DNA of 64,000 nucleotides from Nemertoderma westbladi (Eukaryota > Animalia > Xenacoelomorpha), in contig JAUCBJ010006967.1 in assembly GCA_032718475.1 (NCBI GenBank), positions 41,570-105,569 on the forward strand, given 5' to 3'. Shown here one piece after another: positions 60,669 through 64,000 of this stretch. Each line of letters opens with the position of its first letter. Position 1 is the stretch's first letter. A program made the position numbers and the translations under genes. Below the pieces are notes generated by a model. It worked only from the letters and a program-made list of their open reading frames with translations. It ran no database searches and had not been told where the DNA came from.

Positions 60669-63600
60669 TCTACAAAAGTTATTGCCATTTTAATTAATTT
60701 ATTAGCTTTTTATTTAAAATAGGTAAATTACACAAAAATACAAATATTTATCAAAATTTCATAAGATAACGTTTAAAGAACTGTTGAAACCACTTCCAAT
60801 GAGCCAAATTAGAGAAATTTGGTGGAAAAATAGCGGATGATTATTAATTTGAAAATGAAAAATGTTATTCCGAGAAAATTGACTTTGCAAAATATCTGGC
60901 TGTGGGGTCTGATTGGTTAATAACTATTTCAGGACCCATGGTGAAAATAATAATATAATATACTGTCAGTTTAAGATAACAAAGTGCACGCATATATAGT
61001 TTGTAAGTAAAGGGATAAACAGACCGACAGACGCGGTACCGCAGTTTATTTCTGTTGATAAAACGGGATTGAAGTCGGTAATTCAAAGATTCCACCACAA
61101 GGAGCCTTAATTTGTATCTTTGTGAACTGATTGTATGTGTTTCTTTAGATTACTCTTTTTACTAAATTGTTTTTCACAAGAACCGCAATTATACTTGATA
61201 CCTTTATGTACTGAATCCATGTGGGTCCTTAGATGTCCTTTTTGAATAAATTGTTTGTCACAAGAACAACAATTATACTTGATACCTCTATGAACTGATT
61301 CTATGTGTCTCTTCAGATATCCTTTGACGCTAAATTGTTTGTCACAAGAACCACAATTATACTTGATACCTTTATGTACTGATTCCATGTGGGTCCTTAG
61401 ATTTCCTTTTTGAATAAATTGTTTGGCACAAGAACCACAATTATACTTGATACCTCTATGAACTGATTCTATGTGTCTCTTCAGATTTCCTTTGACACTA
61501 AATTGTTTGTCACAAGAACCGCAATTATACTTGATGCCTTTATGTACTGATTCTATGTGTTTCTTTAGAACTCCTTTGTCACAAAATTGTTTGTCACAAG
61601 AACCACAATTATACTTGATAGCATTATGTACTGATTCCATGTGTTTCTTAAGATTCTGTTTGTCACTAAATTGTTTGTCACAAGAACCACAATTATACTT
61701 GATACCTTTATGTACTGATTTTATGTGTTTCTTTAGAACTCCTTTGTCACTAAATTGTTTGTCACAAGAACCACAATTATACTTGATACCTTTATGTACT
61801 GATTCCATGTGTTTCTTCAGATATGCTTTGTCACTAAATTGTTTGTCACAAGAACCGCAATTATACTTGATACCTTTATGAACTGATTCCATGTGTTTCT
61901 TTAGATTTCCTTTCTGTGTGAACAATTTATCGCAATAAACGCATTTATACTTGATACCTTCATGCAATGATTGTTTACGATTCTTTAAATTTACTTTGCG
62001 ATTAATTCGCTTACATTTGACAACGGACTTATCAATAACTTCACAAGGAGATGGTTTCCCAATACAGAAATCTTGTCTTACAACTCGAGATTTATCTTCA
62101 GAAGTACCGAAAATAGCTCCCGCTTCTGATTTAAAACTGATAACGTTTATACCGCTGTTTGTGTTACCGATTTGATTATTAGAATTTTGTTCATCTGTAC
62201 AGAACTCTTGTTTGATCTTTCGAGATTTATCTTCAGAAGTACCGCAAATAGATTCTGATTTAAAACTGATAACGTTTATACCGCTGTTTGTGTTACCGAT
62301 TTGATTATTAGAATATTGTTCATCTGTACAGAACTCTTGTTTGATCTTTCGAGATTTATCTTCAGAAGTACCGCAAATAGATTCTGATTTAAAACTGATA
62401 ACGTCTATACCGCTGTTGGTGTTACCGATTTGATTATTAGAATATTGTTCATCTGTACAAAACTCTTGTTTGATCTTTCGAGATTTATCTTCGGAAGTAC
62501 CGAAAATAGCTCCCGCTTCTGATTTAAAACTGATAACGTTTATACCGCTGTTTGTGTTACCGATTTGATTATTAGAATTTTGTTCATCTGTACAGAACTC
62601 TTGTTTGATCTTTCGAGATTTATCTTCAGAAGTACCGCAAATAGATTCTGATTTAAAACTGATAACGTTTATACCGCTGTTTGTGTTACCGATTTGATTA
62701 TTAGAATATTGTTCATCTGTACAGAACTCTTGTTTGATCTTTCGAGATTTATCTTCAGAAGTACCGCAAATAGATTCTGATTTAAAACTGATAACGTCTA
62801 TACCGCTGTTGGTGTTACCGATTTGATTATTAGAATATTGTTCATCTGTACAGAACTCTTGTTTGATCTTTCGAGATTTATCTTCAGAAGTACCGCAAAT
62901 AGATTCTGATTTAAAACTGATAACGTCTATACCGCTGTTGGTGTTACCGATTTGATTATTAGAATATTGTTCATCTGTACAGAACTCTTGTTTGATCTCT
63001 CGAGATTTATCTTCGGAAGTACCGCAAATAGGTTCCGATTCCGATTTAAAACTGATAACGTTTATACCGCTGTTTGTGTTGCTGATTTCGTTATTAACAG
63101 TTGGTGGAATGACGCATTTCTCTTGTTCCTCCTCACCGGACTGAGAATCACTTTCATCTGCCATGATACGATCCAGTAAGTCCCAAGCAGCATCACTCAA
63201 AGTATTCGAAGACATATTTAATACAATTCGGACTAACTGAAGTATAAATGTGACAGTCTATAAATATTACCAATATAATTCAATTTAATGACACAAACCT
63301 CAGCAGTTGACGCCTTTAATACCTTCTGGGTTTGGCTGACTGTAATACCGAATGAACTTCTAAGATAATTCATCGCCCAGGTTACGGGAGCAATCATAGT
63401 TATATAAGTTGAATGTGGTCTATATCACGTAATCGGTATATAATAATACTAATGCTATATTTCAGCCAACAGGCCTTTATCAAGCAGTAATCAAATAATA
63501 CCGAATGCAGCAGCTACAGTGCTTTGGGGAGTGGAGCGCCTCAAGAGTGAACGTAGGAATATAATTGGGTACCTAAATTAGATCCAAATACAATAGATGT

Positions 63601-63955
63601 AACAGATGCACCGGTAGCTACTAAGAACATTTGGGCCTCTATCCCTACCAACATCGATGGGTAACTCTGCGAGTTTGATTCGGGGAATACTGGAACTTTA
63701 CAATGAAAGGTTTGCGGCCTCGTCACTGTAGAAAATCGTAACAGATGTTGTTTAACAATACCTCGCTACATTAGTTGGCGCCAATTATCTATCATGGAAA
63801 CAATTTATCTATGTATTGTAGTTACGATGGTCCCCAACGACCATCGTTTTAACAACGTAATATCCATCTATTGGAAGTATTTTCGGTGAATTTATGACGA
63901 ATAAATTACCTTGTCGCCGACCCGCTCATGATAATTACGTTTTTGACAATTCCGT
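60669..63955. repeat. Segmental duplication copy B (zinc-finger cassette)
   Basis: Matches 26766-30479 and carries an extra 153 bp bounded by TAATACCGAATG direct repeats. Confidence 0.93.
61107..63215 (-). CDS. Paralogous C2H2 zinc-finger protein, 10 fingers plus 7 full and 1 partial N-terminal repeats
   Basis: Uninterrupted 702-aa ORF with the same N-terminus (MSSNTLSDAAWDLLDRIM) and C-terminus (SVHKDTN) as 27211-29895. Confidence 0.93.
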   Translation of the reverse strand: MSSNTLSDAAWDLLDRIMADESDSQSGEEEQEKCVIPPTVNNEISNTNSGINVISFKSESEPICGTSEDKSREIKQEFCTDEQYSNNQIGNTNSGIDVISFKSESICGTSEDKSRKIKQEFCTDEQYSNNQIGNTNSGIDVISFKSESICGTSEDKSRKIKQEFCTDEQYSNNQIGNTNSGINVISFKSESICGTSEDKSRKIKQEFCTDEQNSNNQIGNTNSGINVISFKSEAGAIFGTSEDKSRKIKQEFCTDEQYSNNQIGNTNSGIDVISFKSESICGTSEDKSRKIKQEFCTDEQYSNNQIGNTNSGINVISFKSESICGTSEDKSRKIKQEFCTDEQNSNNQIGNTNSGINVISFKSEAGAIFGTSEDKSRVVRQDFCIGKPSPCEVIDKSVVKCKRINRKVNLKNRKQSLHEGIKYKCVYCDKLFTQKGNLKKHMESVHKGIKYNCGSCDKQFSDKAYLKKHMESVHKGIKYNCGSCDKQFSDKGVLKKHIKSVHKGIKYNCGSCDKQFSDKQNLKKHMESVHNAIKYNCGSCDKQFCDKGVLKKHIESVHKGIKYNCGSCDKQFSVKGNLKRHIESVHRGIKYNCGSCAKQFIQKGNLRTHMESVHKGIKYNCGSCDKQFSVKGYLKRHIESVHRGIKYNCCSCDKQFIQKGHLRTHMDSVHKGIKYNCGSCEKQFSKKSNLKKHIQSVHKDTN

Positions 63956-64000
63956 TGTAAAAGCTTTTGTGGGATAACTGATACGTTTGCCTTTGCTGGC
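63956..64000 (+). mobile_element. Start of another LTR of the same BEL/Pao family, opposite orientation
   Basis: TGTAAAAGCTTTTGTGGGATAACTGATACGTTTGCC is the reverse complement of the LTR end at 45865-45900 with one mismatch over that stretch. Confidence 0.85.

Overview
AT-rich, transposon-saturated eukaryotic DNA, probably an invertebrate animal (inferred from spliceosomal introns and the TE families present). No rRNA, tRNA or CRISPR was found. From left to right: a TTAA-flanked Kolobok-like non-autonomous DNA transposon; a decayed Polinton/Maverick (adintovirus-like) element with RING protein, packaging ATPase, pX-like ORF, truncated integrase, two minor-capsid (penton) ORFs, a core-protein-like ORF and a truncated major capsid, interrupted by a piggyBac-like element full of satellites; RTE-type LINE fragments; a PIF1 helicase fragment; a BEL/Pao gag-like fragment; an intact single-ORF 23-finger C2H2 gene; a young 12-kb BEL/Pao LTR element lacking RT and integrase, sitting in intron 1 of a spliced Helitron Rep/Hel pseudogene; a non-autonomous Helitron made of G-rich satellites; MITEs; and a duplicated 10-finger paralog of the zinc-finger gene. 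The two most interesting signals are (1) a BEL/Pao primer-binding site with no tRNA-CCA complement that is instead a perfect 12-nt complement of a sequence in its own LTR (candidate self-priming), and (2) a zinc-finger gene pair with independently expanding finger arrays and SUMO-site/SIM-like repeat arrays. All family assignments come from motif recognition by eye, not database searches.
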